NCBI GenBank assembly: GCA_002269645.1
Contig: NIVC01001710.1
Location: 1 to 64,000 of the forward strand
DNA from: Macrostomum lignano
Taxonomy: Eukaryota
DNA length: 64,000 bases
Reading direction: 5' to 3'
Shown here: in pieces, positions 1-25,932 of the stretch
How the letters are laid out: each line of letters opens with the position of its first letter
Numbering within the stretch: position 1 is the stretch's first letter
The notes under the pieces: model-generated
What the model was told of the DNA's origin: nothing
Seen by the model: the letters and a program-made list of their open reading frames with translations, nothing else
Databases searched by the model: none
Program-made: the position numbers and the translations under genes

Positions 1-1194
1 TGTTGAGCTACTCGTAGATTAGATTCCATTTAGCTTTTCGATTTTTTGTCTGAAAATTGCTAATTTTGAGCATAAAATATTGTTTATTATACCTGTTGAG
101 TCGTTTCTGGCTGTCGGCCACACCTTTCACAGTCATGAATTCATTATAAGTGGCAATGATTATATTAAAACACGCACCGAGTAGTACGTATAATGTAAAA
201 CTTGAATAACTTTCTACGCTAAATATGAATATGAGTTCTATTATTAAATCAAAGTGTTGGAAAGAAACTACACAATTGATGAGGATGCTTCTCGTTATGT
301 TTTGTCAGCTTGTTTATTTTTTAATGCCTTTTCATCCGGGATATGACGTGCCCAAAGTCACTCAATTGGCGCGCTGGATCGCTATTCGCTACAGAATTTA
401 CAAGGACTACTCGAGTAGGACAGGAAACGTTACATAGAAAATATTTAAAAGGCTGGTTTTCGCCGAAAAAATACACTGCGGAGATTAGAAGTTTTCGTTT
501 ATTTCAGAAAAAGAATTGTTATTGCTTTCGATAGGATCAGGCAGATCTAATGTTCATCTTTTATAGCTGTATTGATATAAGACTTCTTAGCCCATTGTGT
601 CAATGTGTAACAGAGATGATAAAATAGATCCATAAAACCAGAGCTGTGCCATGCGTTATTATGATTTTAGGCACAGGAACTACGTAGAATAAAAGAATTT
701 GACATATACTCGTAATTCTAATTTTCTAAAACAAAAAACTTTATGAATATCCAATAGAGCTATTCCTATAAGAAGGCACAACATATCAAAATATGAATAA
801 TGGGTCTGCCTGCCTCCTATCGAAAGCAGTAGCAATTTTTGCGCTGAAAAATGAAAACTTCCATAAATGAGTACTTCTCGGCGAAAACAGCCTCATAAGC
901 ATTTTCTAAGAAACGTAGTTTCCCGTCCTTCTACTTTAGTAGTCCTTGAGAATTTATAGCTCATTCTTATAAATATTATATGGGAAAATAAAACTTCCTT
1001 TTATGCAAATGAAGTGAAACTTTACGTGTTTTTTTCAGTGGCATTTCAGAGGATGTGTTGAAACCTTTTAATGTCAATTTTCAGCTTCTTGACAAGAATA
1101 TAGGCCTAGCCTATAGTCATAAGTAAATGTAAGAAAAATAATAACCTACAGTCCTACATGTAATAATACGACAAAATCATGAAATAAAGTGCTC

Positions 1195-1590
1195 CTAGTG
1201 GTCCTTGCCAAAAACAAGAGACCGCGCGTAGGTACCATTTTCCTGCACCATGACAACGCACCATGCAGCTCACCGAGCCAGGGTGATAAGAGGATCTGGC
1301 ATCGACTCTGCTGCCATATCTCCAGCCTACTCGCCCGACCTCGCTCCTGTTGACTTCTTCTGTCCGAGGATCAAGAAGAAGCTCAAAGGAAAGCGCTTTG
1401 ATTCTCGCAAGGAGCTGGAAGCTGTCACTCAGGTGAAATTAAGAGACTGTTTTATATAGCATGCTTTTATCGGATGAAGAAATGTATGACTCTGTCTGGA
1501 AACTATGTTGAGAAGTCTCATTAGGTGGGTGTATGCAGATAAATTATTGAAGTGTCTTTTTCCACGAACCATTAAAGCAGCCCTCGCTTA
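1195..1590 (+). mobile_element. Degenerate Tc1/mariner transposase C-terminal relic with right TIR end
   Basis: Frameshifted mariner motifs: FLHHDNAP (about 1230-1265), YSPDLAPVDF, KKKLKGKRF, RMKKC and GNYVEK (about 1470-1520). It ends in GCAGCCCTCGTTA at about 1576-1590, the reverse complement of a TA-CGAGGG-type mariner terminus. Confidence 0.8.
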
Positions 1591-2188
1591 ACCACTGGAC
1601 AAATAATTTGAAATTCCAGTGAAATTGGAGTGCCTGAGCTGTCCATAGTGAAAGCACAATGTAAGGCTGCAATCTTGGAAATTAAAAATATTGCGAGTTA
1701 AGAGAGACAGCGCCGCGACTAGCTACTACACGACGTATGCTGTCTAAATTAGATGACATCATTTTTTTGCTAGCTCATATAGTTATTGTAGATGTCTGCA
1801 GCTACTGCCTCAGGGTAGAAAAAAATAGGAAATGCGCGCAACCACGGCTTAACGTAAGGCGCGCACGTCGCATGTTGGTTACTTTTACGCTCGTAAAAAC
1901 AATTCAAAAGCAGAGGCCTTCGAACAGTCTTTAACAGAGCCCTCTTGTTGTCTGCTGCTGCTGCTTGCCCTTAAATTTACACTGTCAAATAATGCCTGTT
2001 GGTAAAAGGTCACGACGAGCTTTTTGGTGCAGCTGTCTATTAGGGTGCGGCTGCCTCGCAGCGAGATGCGCCCACCACCCACCCAGCCCAGGAAAGAATT
2101 TCTACATTTATGACGTTCTCTTAAAATTTTTAAGGCGCTTTTCTTTCACGGCTCACTTGAGTAGACTCGCGCTAGCTAACTGCTCGAT

Positions 2189-2860
2189 ATGCAGAAACAA
2201 CAGGTGCAGTACGTGGTGACCAGCCAGCCGGAAGCGACTTTTGTGCAGACCGGGCAGCCCGTATCGATTGGTAAGTGATTTGAATTTAGTGCTATTACTG
2301 TTTCTTTATCTACACATTGCCACAGGCTGCAGTGACTTTTAAGGTGAATTCTGGAAAAAGGACAAGGACAAGGCTAAATACGAGTATTGAATGTCAACTC
2401 TTAATACGATAAATAAGGTTTAAATTATCTGAGGCTGGGCCTTGCCAGCCTTAATCCAGTTCTAGGGTCGGGGTCCCTAGTTTTGGTTACACACTCGTCA
2501 AAAGACATCATCACATGTAACAACCTGAACATCACTGCAGGAAAGCAGCAAGAGAGGGAATGGAGCACCGGCACCTGCGGCTGCTTCGAGGACTGCACCT
2601 CCTGCGTCTGCTCATTATTTTGCGGCTTCTGGTACCTAACCTGCAGCATCTCTAAACGAATGAACGAGCACTGCTGCACGCCGTTCTGCGTACCGGATAC
2701 TCTGATGATGTACCGACTGAAGCTGCGCACTCGGTACAACATCGAGGGCAGCGTTATTAAGGACTGCTGCTGCTCCTACTTTTGCGGCCCGTGCACCATG
2801 TGCCAGCTGGCTCGGGAGCTGAAACATATCGAGTCCCAGCTCAACGGTCCGGCCTTCTAA
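2189..2860 (+). CDS. PLAC8/cornifelin-family Cys-rich protein (2 coding exons)
   Basis: Exon 1 is 2189-2270 (MQKQQVQYVVTSQP...SIG, donor GTAAGT at 2271). Exon 2 is 2541-2860 (acceptor CTGCAG, phase 1 matches) and encodes EWSTGTCGCFEDC...LRTRYNIEGSVIKDCCCSYFCGPCTMCQLARELK, the PLAC8 signature. Confidence 0.9.
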
Positions 2861-3842
2861 ACAGTTGGCCAGTGACTGGAGACCGTCACGTGATTAAAGG
2901 TATTGAAACTTCATAAAGACTTTTGAAACCCCATAAAGACTTTCGTTACCTCAACGCAGGCACCACTAATAATAATACGATCGTACAAGCTAGAGACATG
3001 GGCAGCTGAAGCAGAATTCCGCTGCACTAGCAAATGTCGCTGGAGGCCGATTTTCGTTGCACAATGCAAGTTGGTCGAGGAAACAAATTAAAAAAGAATT
3101 ATTAGAGAAACAGCTCTGAAAACCTTGCGAGTGCAACTCAGACTCATAATGTGAGTTTAGTGCTAAAATCTGCATGGCCTCCAGCGAAATTCGATCAACT
3201 GCGACTGTAACGGCTTTTCTACTCTAGCCGCCTGTGGTCTTGGTTCTTACATGAGCCTCTAACTCATAGCCCTCAATCAGTAGTTAAAACATTCAATATT
3301 ACAGACTAACCGAATAAAAAAGCTAAATAAATGTTACCAAACATAATAAAGCTTCTTTGCAGTGTCTAAGCACTAATATAAACAAAACGTTCTTCTCTTA
3401 AATGAATCGCATTGAAGTGTCAAAATATATATGGTTCCTACCGTAATAAGAGATTCCAAACGTCAAAAAATAAAATTTGCAAAATGAGTAGCGGTATTTT
3501 AAAACATTTTCTGGGTTTAAAATAGTTAAATTTGTTGCTTACACAAGTCAGTTATTTATTGAAGTGGATTGAATAATAGGAAGACTCAAATTTTAGGACA
3601 CTGTCTATTGAAAATGCAGCGAGTGATATTGACTTCGTGGAAAAGTACATGTTTCTAGAGAATGGAAGACAAGCGAGTTGAAACCGAACACAAAAATGCA
3701 ATTTTAAGCATTAAGAAGCCTACAAGCAAAAAAACAAAACTTAAGCCGTCGATGCGCTAGTAGTACTACTTAAAACAACTTTAAACTTAGTAGTAGTATG
3801 TATGGTGTAAATTGTATTTAGAGGCATTCTAAAAATAACTCG

Positions 3843-15530
<11,688 letters not shown>

Positions 15531-17710
15531 ATGAAGCAGCTGAAAAATAAGCTCATAGCTTTTAGAAATTGATTGTAGCATCTGGAAATTTAATTTTAAA
15601 CAATAAATACATTATAGTAAAAAATTAAATGACATAAAATAAAAGAACAAAAAAATATTAAGGGCAATAACTAATGGTCTAAGGTTGGCACTATTATGTG
15701 CCAAGGCATAGTAGTCTAGACTTAATCTAAATATAAATATTATCACATAAATTTGGAACTAAATTAGAATCTTTACATGGGGCTATTTTTTCAGTTAATG
15801 CCATTGAGGGCCAATCCCCAAGGCATGTTCAAATATACATGTTTGACAAAAAATATGGCTATTGCACACTTATATATGTGACATATGTGCCTATGCATAT
15901 GACTATACATATCCATGTGCATATGTGCGCAACCCACCCAATTTATACTGGCCATGCAACTTACTTTTTGACCAAAAAATGCAACTTGAAGAATTTTGGA
16001 TAAATGGCAGGAGTAACTATCATTGTCCTATAAGGGTAAAAGCTTGAAAAGCCTTGTCATCTAATTAGTACTATGTCTGTATTCTTTTAGGTAGGTATTT
16101 TTATAACTTATCCCTAGTTTACCACAATTTACCATGGCCAGATCAGTCAGGTTGGCCAGTAGTTGCACATGTATGTCTATGTGCTTAGTGTCTACTTAAA
16201 AGATTTAGAAAATATTATAGGCAATGATGCCTCTCATTGATTATATAACAATGTTGCTTAAAGTGCTCTAAGATATGCTTAGTCCCTTTTTTAATATTAT
16301 TAAAAAAGAAGATACATAAAAATTGACATTGGTCTTAGCCTATATTTTGTTAGTTGCAAAACAAATTTCAACTTAATCAACTAATAAAAATGCTATAAAA
16401 AACCTAACATTCTAGAAATAACTACATAAAAATTGTTTCTAAACCCTAGCAAAGAAAAACCTTTAACTTATTTAATATAACTATTAAAAAGTCTATTGAT
16501 TATTTAAACGATTGATTTTAAAAATTACTTAACTTTTTTTATTAATTTGCCTTGTTAAATTAAGGTTTATAATACAATATTCTAAACTAATGGCAAGGCT
16601 TTTAAGTCAATACTATAGGCCTAATAATTATGGAATAGGGCCAATCTAACATATATATATAGTATATATATTTTTAATTTCTTACTTTATAACCTTTATA
16701 TTATAAAAGCTACATAAAATGTCTTTTAAAAACTTTGTTTATTTTAATTTTTTAAGCATACTGCTTTTTAACTTGATTATTATAACCCTATATTTAATCA
16801 ATTGAATTAAGTATGCTATGTTATTGTCTATTGTACTAGGCCTATTTTAATAGCTTAGGCCCCTACAGTTTTTACCAAAATGTGGAAACTTAAATTGATG
16901 CTTTAAAAAACGATTTTAGGCCTTAGCCTAGTTAAACAATGCTTAGGCTAGGCCTATCAATTAAAAGCCTAAAAAGGCTTAGCCAAATTAGGCCTATTTA
17001 TTATAGGCCTTCCCTTATCTAGCTATTATAGGCCTAAACTAAGAAAATTATATATATTATACGCCTCTGGATATTGTCATTGGTAGATGCTAGCATCCAT
17101 TTTTTTCAAGTATTAATTACATGCAGTATATTATTATTTTTTTAGTTCAAAATATAATAATTCACTTGCTAAGGTTAGTACACTACACACAGAAAATATG
17201 AAGATATACATTAAAAATTGAGCTACTTGCCTTATTTAAGCCAGTAAAACTATCGGTTTAGCCCGCCCAGCTTCACTGTTCACCTGAATCAACTGAAATG
17301 GTATATAAACTGAGATGAATTAAAGGGCCGATCGTGCGAAGTCCCTGTCAGTCATCATGGAGCTATTATAATATATAGCGCGTTTTAAAAAGCCAACTTG
17401 CCGAAAATATTCAAATTTGCGTGCAAAGATTTTTGAAGCAGTATATCAATTTTATTTTCTATGTCTTCTAAGGCTTTTTAAATGCCTATAATTGCTCGTT
17501 TAAAGCAAAAAAATTCTGTTTCTAAACGTAAATTTTTTACAAAACGACTAATATCGGCAAATATTTTCGTAGCATTTTAAAGAAGCTCGTTGAGGAAGAA
17601 ATAATATTTTATTTCTACATTATTACATACTATTGTCCATATTATATTGGGGTGTATTTTAAATATTTCTTATTACCCCTTATTGATTTGTATCACGTTA
17701 GTTTGCAAAT

Positions 17711-19780
17711 ATGGGCTGGAAACTACGGAAAAGAGATGATGTAGAGCCTATTTTACCATTAAAAAAGTGTTTTTGCTTTGATAATCGAATGGGCACTTTT
17801 GTTGGCTGCATTATCATAACTGTAAGTATTAACATTTGTATGCAGAGCAATATAGTCGAGCAAATAGAAGTACGTCTAGTAGAAGTGTATTTTTTGTTCA
17901 AAATTTTCCTTATGCCTTATGCCCTTATGGTCACTAAAGTCATATAGAATATAGACAGCCTAATATCAGGCTTATAGCATTCTGTTATTGACATTCACAG
18001 TCTATTGTTATCATAGGCCTATATATGGGACATATCATATTTGCGAAATACTATTAGTTTCTGGCATCTTTTTCTTTGCATGTGACTAGTAAGTGACAAT
18101 AGCCTAGATCTTTATATCCTCTAAAATCTTTTTTTACTTTATTTACTTTATTATCTCTACTATTAATTTTGGTTGATGGTCGTTTCATCTGCCGCCAGTT
18201 CATCTGCCACCCTTTCGTCTGCAAGAATACGATACAGTCGTTTCGTCTGCCAACAAATAGTAAAGTTTTATTTAATAAGTGTAAATAGGTCAGTTGTTGT
18301 CATTAATTTGAGATTTGAGATATTTAAGATAATAGTGATTAAGATATAGGATCATTTCTTAGTAGTAATGACTTAAACGAGTAATTTCTGAATATTTTTG
18401 TTTATATTTATTAAACTATGCAATTGAACGAATTCAATGCATTTTCGTCATGATATGGCAGACGCCATACTATCTCTTAACCGTCTCAAAGCTTCAAAGC
18501 TCAAAAGCAATTAGTTGAGTTGGAATTATTTTACTTATTATAAATAAGTTACACGCACACAAATTATAAATCCCATTCACAGCTCACTACGTAGATTCAA
18601 TTAAAGCTTATATACGAATAACTGTATTTCTTGGAAACATTGCGATAAGCAAAATAAAAAATACAAAGACTATATCTAATTCTAAATCTGAAAATTACTA
18701 GTAAATTATAAGTATTAAAAATAAACTATAAATTAATTTCAGCCATTTATAAAACTTATTTTGCTACTTATTTTAAAAAGTTGTTTCGTCTGCCGGCAGA
18801 CAAAAAGGCGGCAGATGAAATGACCATGCACATTAATTTTGCCTTGTACCCAAATCTATTACACATTGTGTCCACAACTGTGCAACCTTAAGAATAACCT
18901 GGTCATTTCTATTGGCAACACACATATATAGATTATAGTTCTAGTTTATTTGTCTGTTAACAGTTTATCTGCTAAGTAGATAAAATGCTTATTAATGAAA
19001 TGTGAAATTTAAGGCTTATCATAAATTCAACTTTAGGCCAATGCCAGAAAAAATATTGCACATGATATATATGCCATAGTCTGTATCATGCTAGAGCTGG
19101 GTGCATGCCTAAACAAAAAATGTCAGTTACAAATGCACACCAAAAAAAATTGATCACACGCTTATACTTGAAACTGTACTAGTGTTGCGACAATAAATGG
19201 CTTTTTATGTTGTGACAATAAATGACATTTCTTCATTGCATAATAGACCCTTTTTGACTGATAATTTGCTTAATTTTTCTGCTTTTTGGTGATACTATTA
19301 TTTACAATGGAAAATTGATATACATAAAGATTTGTTTAAATGCCTTATTACAAGCTTTAAAACCCAGAAAGTGGGAAGTTTATGCTTAAAATGAACTTTT
19401 TTCACCTTTTTTTACTTTACAATAACTCTTCTGCATGATTCTATAAAGTGCATGTCAGATGTATTTTTTTAGGAGTGATGCATGCCAACTATGCATGCTT
19501 ACTTTTAGCATGCAAGCCCAATACACACCCAAATTTTTGGGCATATACTACATGATCCAGAGTGTGGTATATATGATGGAACAAAATTGCAATGCTATCC
19601 CAAACTTCAACTTAAATTATAGGTCCTTTTTCATGTTTACAAAACTTTTTTAGCTTTTTCTTTACTTCTTTTAAATAGAAAAATCTTTAAGATAATATAT
19701 AATAATTGTTGTATATAGCTAACATACATTTAGTGTAAGTGCATAGTTTTTAAGATATCTCTACATATAAAAATCAAAAC

Positions 19781-19817
<37 letters not shown>

Positions 19818-22800
19818 GGACAAATTACTTCGCTATGGACTCCCAAACCACTCAACCAAATGACACCAAACTTTACACCCACCCTAAACTTACTACGGAG
19901 AATGTCTTAGGCTACCTTTTAATTTCCTAGACTCAAGTCTTCCTACCTAAAAGTACAAAAAACTGCTCAAAATGCGCGATTTTTTCACTAAATCCTCCAT
20001 AGCGCCGCTCCACTTCTACCGATTCTCTTCAAATTTGACACAGATAATCTTTAACTATTTTGGCACAATCATGTAAAATTTCGAGTATCAAAGTTAGTCC
20101 TGAGCGGTGCTGTGCGCTTTTAAAGTTAGGCTGTTTTTTTCAGCGTAGCAACCACCCCAACCTCCGCCCGCCTGCCTCTCTTTCCCGATCTGGGCCCAGA
20201 TGTGTAAAAGGGTTTCAAAATTGACTAACTTTCAGCTGCCATAAGTTTGCTCCACGTAAAGCGATTGACTTCAAACTTGACACAATTCTTCATTGACTCA
20301 TTCTCTATCTAAATGTAAAGTTTCAACTCTGTAACTCAACCGAAAAGAAACTGTAAGCATGTGAAGTTTGTCTGCTTTTTCTGTTGTTTGTGCCGCTCAC
20401 TCACTCATTCCTCCAGCCCAGACAAAGGGTGAGGCAATAGGGCTCAATGTACTTAGCGAATGTACAGTGTTTTGGAATAACTTTTTAATAGCCTTCTCTG
20501 TACCCCGCGAGTGGAGAGCTAGAGGCGTAGAGAGGAGAGACAGTTTAGCGAGAGATTCAAACTACTGTCCTCTGTATAGACAAGTCTGCAGCAGTTAAAC
20601 AAGGATGGCAAATCAAGGCGATGTGTGATAACGAAAAATTAATGAATAACTGATTACAATGCAATCCTACTAAATTAGTTACACCATGAAAATTTAAACA
20701 TTAAGATTCGCATAAGGTTACTTTAAAATAAATGGCCTCCTAAGAAATGCGTATTTCCTTAGTTGTTAGACTGCTGCAGACTGTGGTGGTGGAGCTGGAG
20801 ATATACAAATTTCTCTCAGGGCTGCTAAGTGCTAATTGACCAGAAAGATGACGTGATTAAAGCATGAGAAATGATAACAACCATGATAGTACTACGCCAC
20901 AAAAACTGGCTTTCGAAGCAGGGTTCGGCAGATTTTTATCTCAAAGGCCAGATAAAGAATCCAGCTCATGGCTACGGGCCAGATGAGAGTGAAAAGGAAA
21001 AGGAATAGACTATTAGAAAGGGAGGAGGGGTGAGAGTAGGGATTCCAAAATCCCGACAGTTTACAATCCCGGGATTGAATAGTCCCGAAATCCCGATGCT
21101 GTTGAAATCCCGGGATTCAAAATCCCGGAATCCCGGTGCTTTTGCAATCCCGGGATTAAAAATCCCGGGATTCGATTCCCAAAAAAATCCCGGGATTCAA
21201 ATCCCGGATTTTTGGCCCCAATCCCGGGATCCCGGGATCCCGGGATTGAAATCCCTAAATTGCTAGACGGACTGTGCGGCGTGCCGCGTGCAGTAGTCAT
21301 GGTCTCGCGACTCTCAGAGTCTCAGGGCCTTTTCATATTACCAATTCCAGAACCAGAATCGGTTCGGAATTCGAAGAAAAACAGCAGTATAACTATTAAA
21401 CTCTGTTAATATTTAACTGCCTTAACAGCCTCACTTAGCACAATTTTTCACTTTCTTCTTGGCGACTGTCATTCAATAATAAAAACTTTATAGCACGTAT
21501 CTCCCTCTAGTTATGGAGACAAAAAGTTTATACTTCACAAATTGGTTCTTGTTCTGGAACCAGAGCAAGCAATATGAAAAGGCCCTCAGTCTCGTCTCGT
21601 GGTAGAAAACGAAAAAAAGTTAAAATTATCTATAATTTACAGTTCACATTAACAATTTTTAGCTCAATTAGGACAGGAGCTTTGCAAATGTTTAACGTTT
21701 CATTGAGAAACAGCAAAAACAAATAAATGTTTTATTATTCAAATAAACGTTTAGACTTTAAATTATCTAATTTAGGCATTGAAAGGTCGTTCTAATCCCG
21801 GACCAATCCCGGGATTAAGGCCTTGAAATCCCGGGATCCCGATCCCGGTCTTTTGCAATCCCGGGATTAAAAATCCCGGGATTCGATTCCCAAAAAAATC
21901 CCGGGATTCAAATCCCGGATTTTTGGCCCCAATCCCGGGATCCCGGGATCCCGGGATCCCGGGATTGGAATCCCTAGGTGAGAGGGGATAAAAGGAAAGA
22001 TAGAAGATAACAGGAGAGACGTACGAGGAGGTTGAGGAGAGAGCAGAGAATATGGGACGAAGAAGCGAGAGGAGGGGAGAGAGAAGGGAGAGGAAATAGT
22101 AGAGGTGAGAAGATGGAGAGAGAAGAGGGGAGAGATGAGACAGAGGATCGATGAGAGAGGAGAGTAGAGAAGAGTGAGATGAGAGAACAAAGAGGAGATG
22201 AGAGTTTTGAGAGGGGGGATTAGAAAGGAGAGAGGAGAGGAGATAAGAGGGGGAAAGACGAGTGAGAAGAGAGAGAGTTGAGAAAGAAGAGAGGACAAAG
22301 GAGAGATGATAGAGTAAAGGGAAGAGGAGGAGAGAAGAAAGAGATGAGATTGTAGAGATGAGTGAGATGAAAGGAAATATGAGAGAGTAGAGTAGAGATG
22401 AGAGATGAAGGAAGAGAGAGCAGAGTGCGGAGAGACGAGAAAAGAGAATAGAGGGGAGAGAGTATAGAAGAGGGAAGAGAAGAGAGGAGTAAGGAAAGAA
22501 AGAAGTCAGAAGAGGGGAAAGAGAATAGTACACAGTAGAGAGGAGAGTAGAGATGACAGAAGAGAGAGGGGAATGAGAGAGCAAAGATGAGAGTGAACAG
22601 ACGATATAAGAGAGGAGAGAGGAGAGTGAGAGAGAAGAGAGAAGACAAGAGAGGGAGAGAGTATAGAAGAGAGAAGAGAAGAGAGGAGAAGAAAGAAGAA
22701 AGGATCGAGTCCTCCTGAGTCAAAAAGGGGAAAGAGAGGAGTATAAGGGGAGAGAGGTGAGAGAACATATGAGAGTAAAGATGACAGATAAGAGAGGGGA

Positions 22801-25800
22801 GATGAGAGAGCAGAAACGAGAGTGAACAGACGAGAGATGGGAGAGTAGAGAGAAAAGAGGAGAGATAAGAAATAAGGGATGAGAGGTGTAGACAAGGGAG
22901 AGATGAGAAGTGAGTGAGGAGAGAGGAGGGGAAGGGAGAGAATCGAGAGGACAGGGGAAATTGGTGAAAAGGACGAGGGAGGAGAGGAAAGAGGGGAGAG
23001 AAGAGAGATAGGATAGGAGAGAGCAGAGAGATGAGAGGAGAGAGTGGACAGAGGAGAGGAAAGAGTTGAGAGAAGAGAGGAAAAAGGAGAAAGTAGAGAT
23101 AAGGAAAGTGTTGAGAGAGGGTAGAGTAAGGAGTGAGAAGAGAGGTGAGGGAAGAGAGAGCAGAGAGCAGAGGGAAGAGAGAGTAGAGAGCAGAAAGAAA
23201 TGAGAAAAGATAAAACAGGAGAAAGGAGATATGAGAGACCAGAGACCAGAGCGAAGAGAGGAGAAGAGAGAGAAAAGAATAGAGGGGAGAGGGAAGAGAC
23301 GAGAGAGGAGAGAAGAAAGAAGAGATAAGAGGGGAGAGAGAGAAGAGACGAGAGAGAAGATAGGAAACGGAAAAGAAGATGGAAGTTTCAAAGGATGCAA
23401 AGGACATAGGGAGAGGCAGAGGTACGTAGAGGCCAGAGTTTGCCTGACATTCTGCGCAGCACCCCAGCCAACAATATCAATGTTTGCCTCAAATCCTAAT
23501 TTTACATGAATGTATACTATTTTATGTTTAACTCTATCCTAACTATTAACAAGGGAACAAGTTTTTGTTTGAGTTTTACCTCAGATTTTAGAATACATGC
23601 AAAAATAATTCCGGGGAATGGAGTTCCCTGGGTTCAAAATCCGCGGGTTTCAACAGCTTGTCTCCTTATACTAAAACCGACGCGATGTTTGTCTGTCTGT
23701 ATGTCTGTCTGTCTGTATGTAGCAAGTGAACTCCTACAATTCTGCCAAGTCAACGTCGAAACTTATATGGGAAAACTGCAAATTTTCCGGAGCAGGCTTT
23801 AGGCTATTTTAATTTTTAATTTTCATCTATCTCTACATATAAAAATCAAAACTCTGTCTGTCTGTGTGTCTGTGTGTGGACAATTTTGATCGCTATGGAC
23901 TCCCAAACCGCTCAACCAAATTACACCAAACTTTACACCCACCCTAAACTTACTACGGAGAATGTCTTAGGCTACCTTTTAATTTCCTAAATTTGAGTCT
24001 TCCTACCTAAAAGTACAAAAAACTGCTCAAAATGCGCGATTTTTTCACTTAATCCTCCATAGCGCCGCTCCACTTCTACCGATTCTCTTCAAATTTGACA
24101 CAGACAATTTTCAACTATTTTGACACAATCGTGTAAAATTTCGATTCTCAAAGTTAATCCTGAACGGCGCTGTGCACTTTTAAAGTTGGGCTGTTTTTTG
24201 TCAGCGAGACAGCCACCCCAACCTCCGCCCGCCTGCCTCTCTTTCCCGATCTGGGCGGCCCAGATGTGTAAAAGGGTTTCAAAATGGACTAACTTTCGGC
24301 TGCCATAAGTTTGCTCCACGTAAAGCGATTAACTTCAAACTTGACACAATTCTTCATTGACCCATTCTCTGTCTAAATGTAAAGTTTCAACTCTGTAACT
24401 CAACCGAAAAAGAAACTGTAAGCATGTGAAGTTTGTCTCCTTTTTCTGTTGTTTGTGCTACTCACTCACTCATTCCCCCAGAGCCAGACGAAGGGTCAGG
24501 CGATAGGACTGAATGTACATAGCAAATGTACAGTGTTTTGGAATAACTTTATTTATAGCCTTCTCTGCACCCCGAGAGTGGAGAGGCTACGTTTAGCCAT
24601 AACAGTTTAGTGAGAAATTCTAACCACTGCCCTCCCCTCTGTATTGGCAAACTCTGCAGCAGTTTAACAGTGGATGGCAATTGGCAAATCGAGGCAATCC
24701 AGCATGGTTTGTAAAAGCGAAATATTTATGAAAAGGTGATGCGATGCAATGAAATACAACCCTACTAAATTAGGCACACCATGGAAATTTTAAGTTTCTC
24801 TTAAAAGTACTTTGAAATTTAAATGGCCTAAGAAATGCGTATTTCCTTGGTTGTTAGACTGATGCAGACTGCAGTGGAGCTGAAGATACACAAATTCCTT
24901 TCAGGGCTGCAAATTGGCAAGAAAGATGACGTGATCAAAGCATGAGAATAACGATGAGAGTAGTACGTCCCACAAACTGGCTTTCGAAGCAGTGATCGGC
25001 AGACTTTTACTTCAAAAGCCAGATAAAGAATCCAGCTTATGTGCGGGCCAGATGAGAGTGGAAAGGAGAAGGAATAGACTATTAGAAGAGAGGAGAGGCG
25101 GGACGGGGATAAGAGAAAACATGGAAGATAAGAGAAGAGACAAGTGGTGAGGAGAGAGCAGAGAAGAAGGGAGGAAGAAGCGAGAGGAGGGGAGAAAGGA
25201 GGGAGAGGAAAGAGTAAAGGTGAGAAGAGGGGAGAGATGAGACAGAGGATCGATGAGAGGAGAGTAGAGAAGAGTGAGAAAAGAGTAGAGATGAGAGAGC
25301 AGAAAGAAGATGACAGAGGGTCAAGAGGAGAGGAGAGAGTAGAAAGGATAGAGAAGAGAGAAGATAAGAGGGGGAGAGAAGAGTAAGAAGAGAAGAGATA
25401 GAGATAATAGAGATAAGAGAGGGATGTAAGAAGAGGGGAGAAAGGAGAGATGAGATTGTAGAGATGAGACAAATGAAAGGAGAGATGAGAGAGTAAAGAT
25501 AAGAGATGAAAAAGGTGAGAGGAGAGTGCAGAGAGATGAGAGAAGATATTAGAGGAGAGAGAGTATAGAAGAGAGGAGTAAGGAAAGAGAGGAGTCAGAA
25601 GAGGTGAAAGAGAAGAGTACAGAGGAGATAAGTGAGAGAACGTATTAGAGAGTAAAGATGACAGATGAGAGAGCAGGGATGAGGGTGAACAGACGAGAGA
25701 TGGGAGAGTAGAGAGAACAGAGGAGAGATAAGAGAGAAGAGATTACAGAGACTAGAGGAGAGAGGAGAGACAGGGAGAGAGAAGAGGAAATAGGAGAATG

Positions 25801-25844
25801 AAGAGGGGAGAGAGTAGAGAGGAGAAGAGAGATGGGAGAGGAGA

Positions 25845-25932
<88 letters not shown>

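Noticed and set aside
225-534. Possible terminal exon of an upstream gene
   Set aside because: These are short ORFs with no recognisable motif or convincing splice acceptor.
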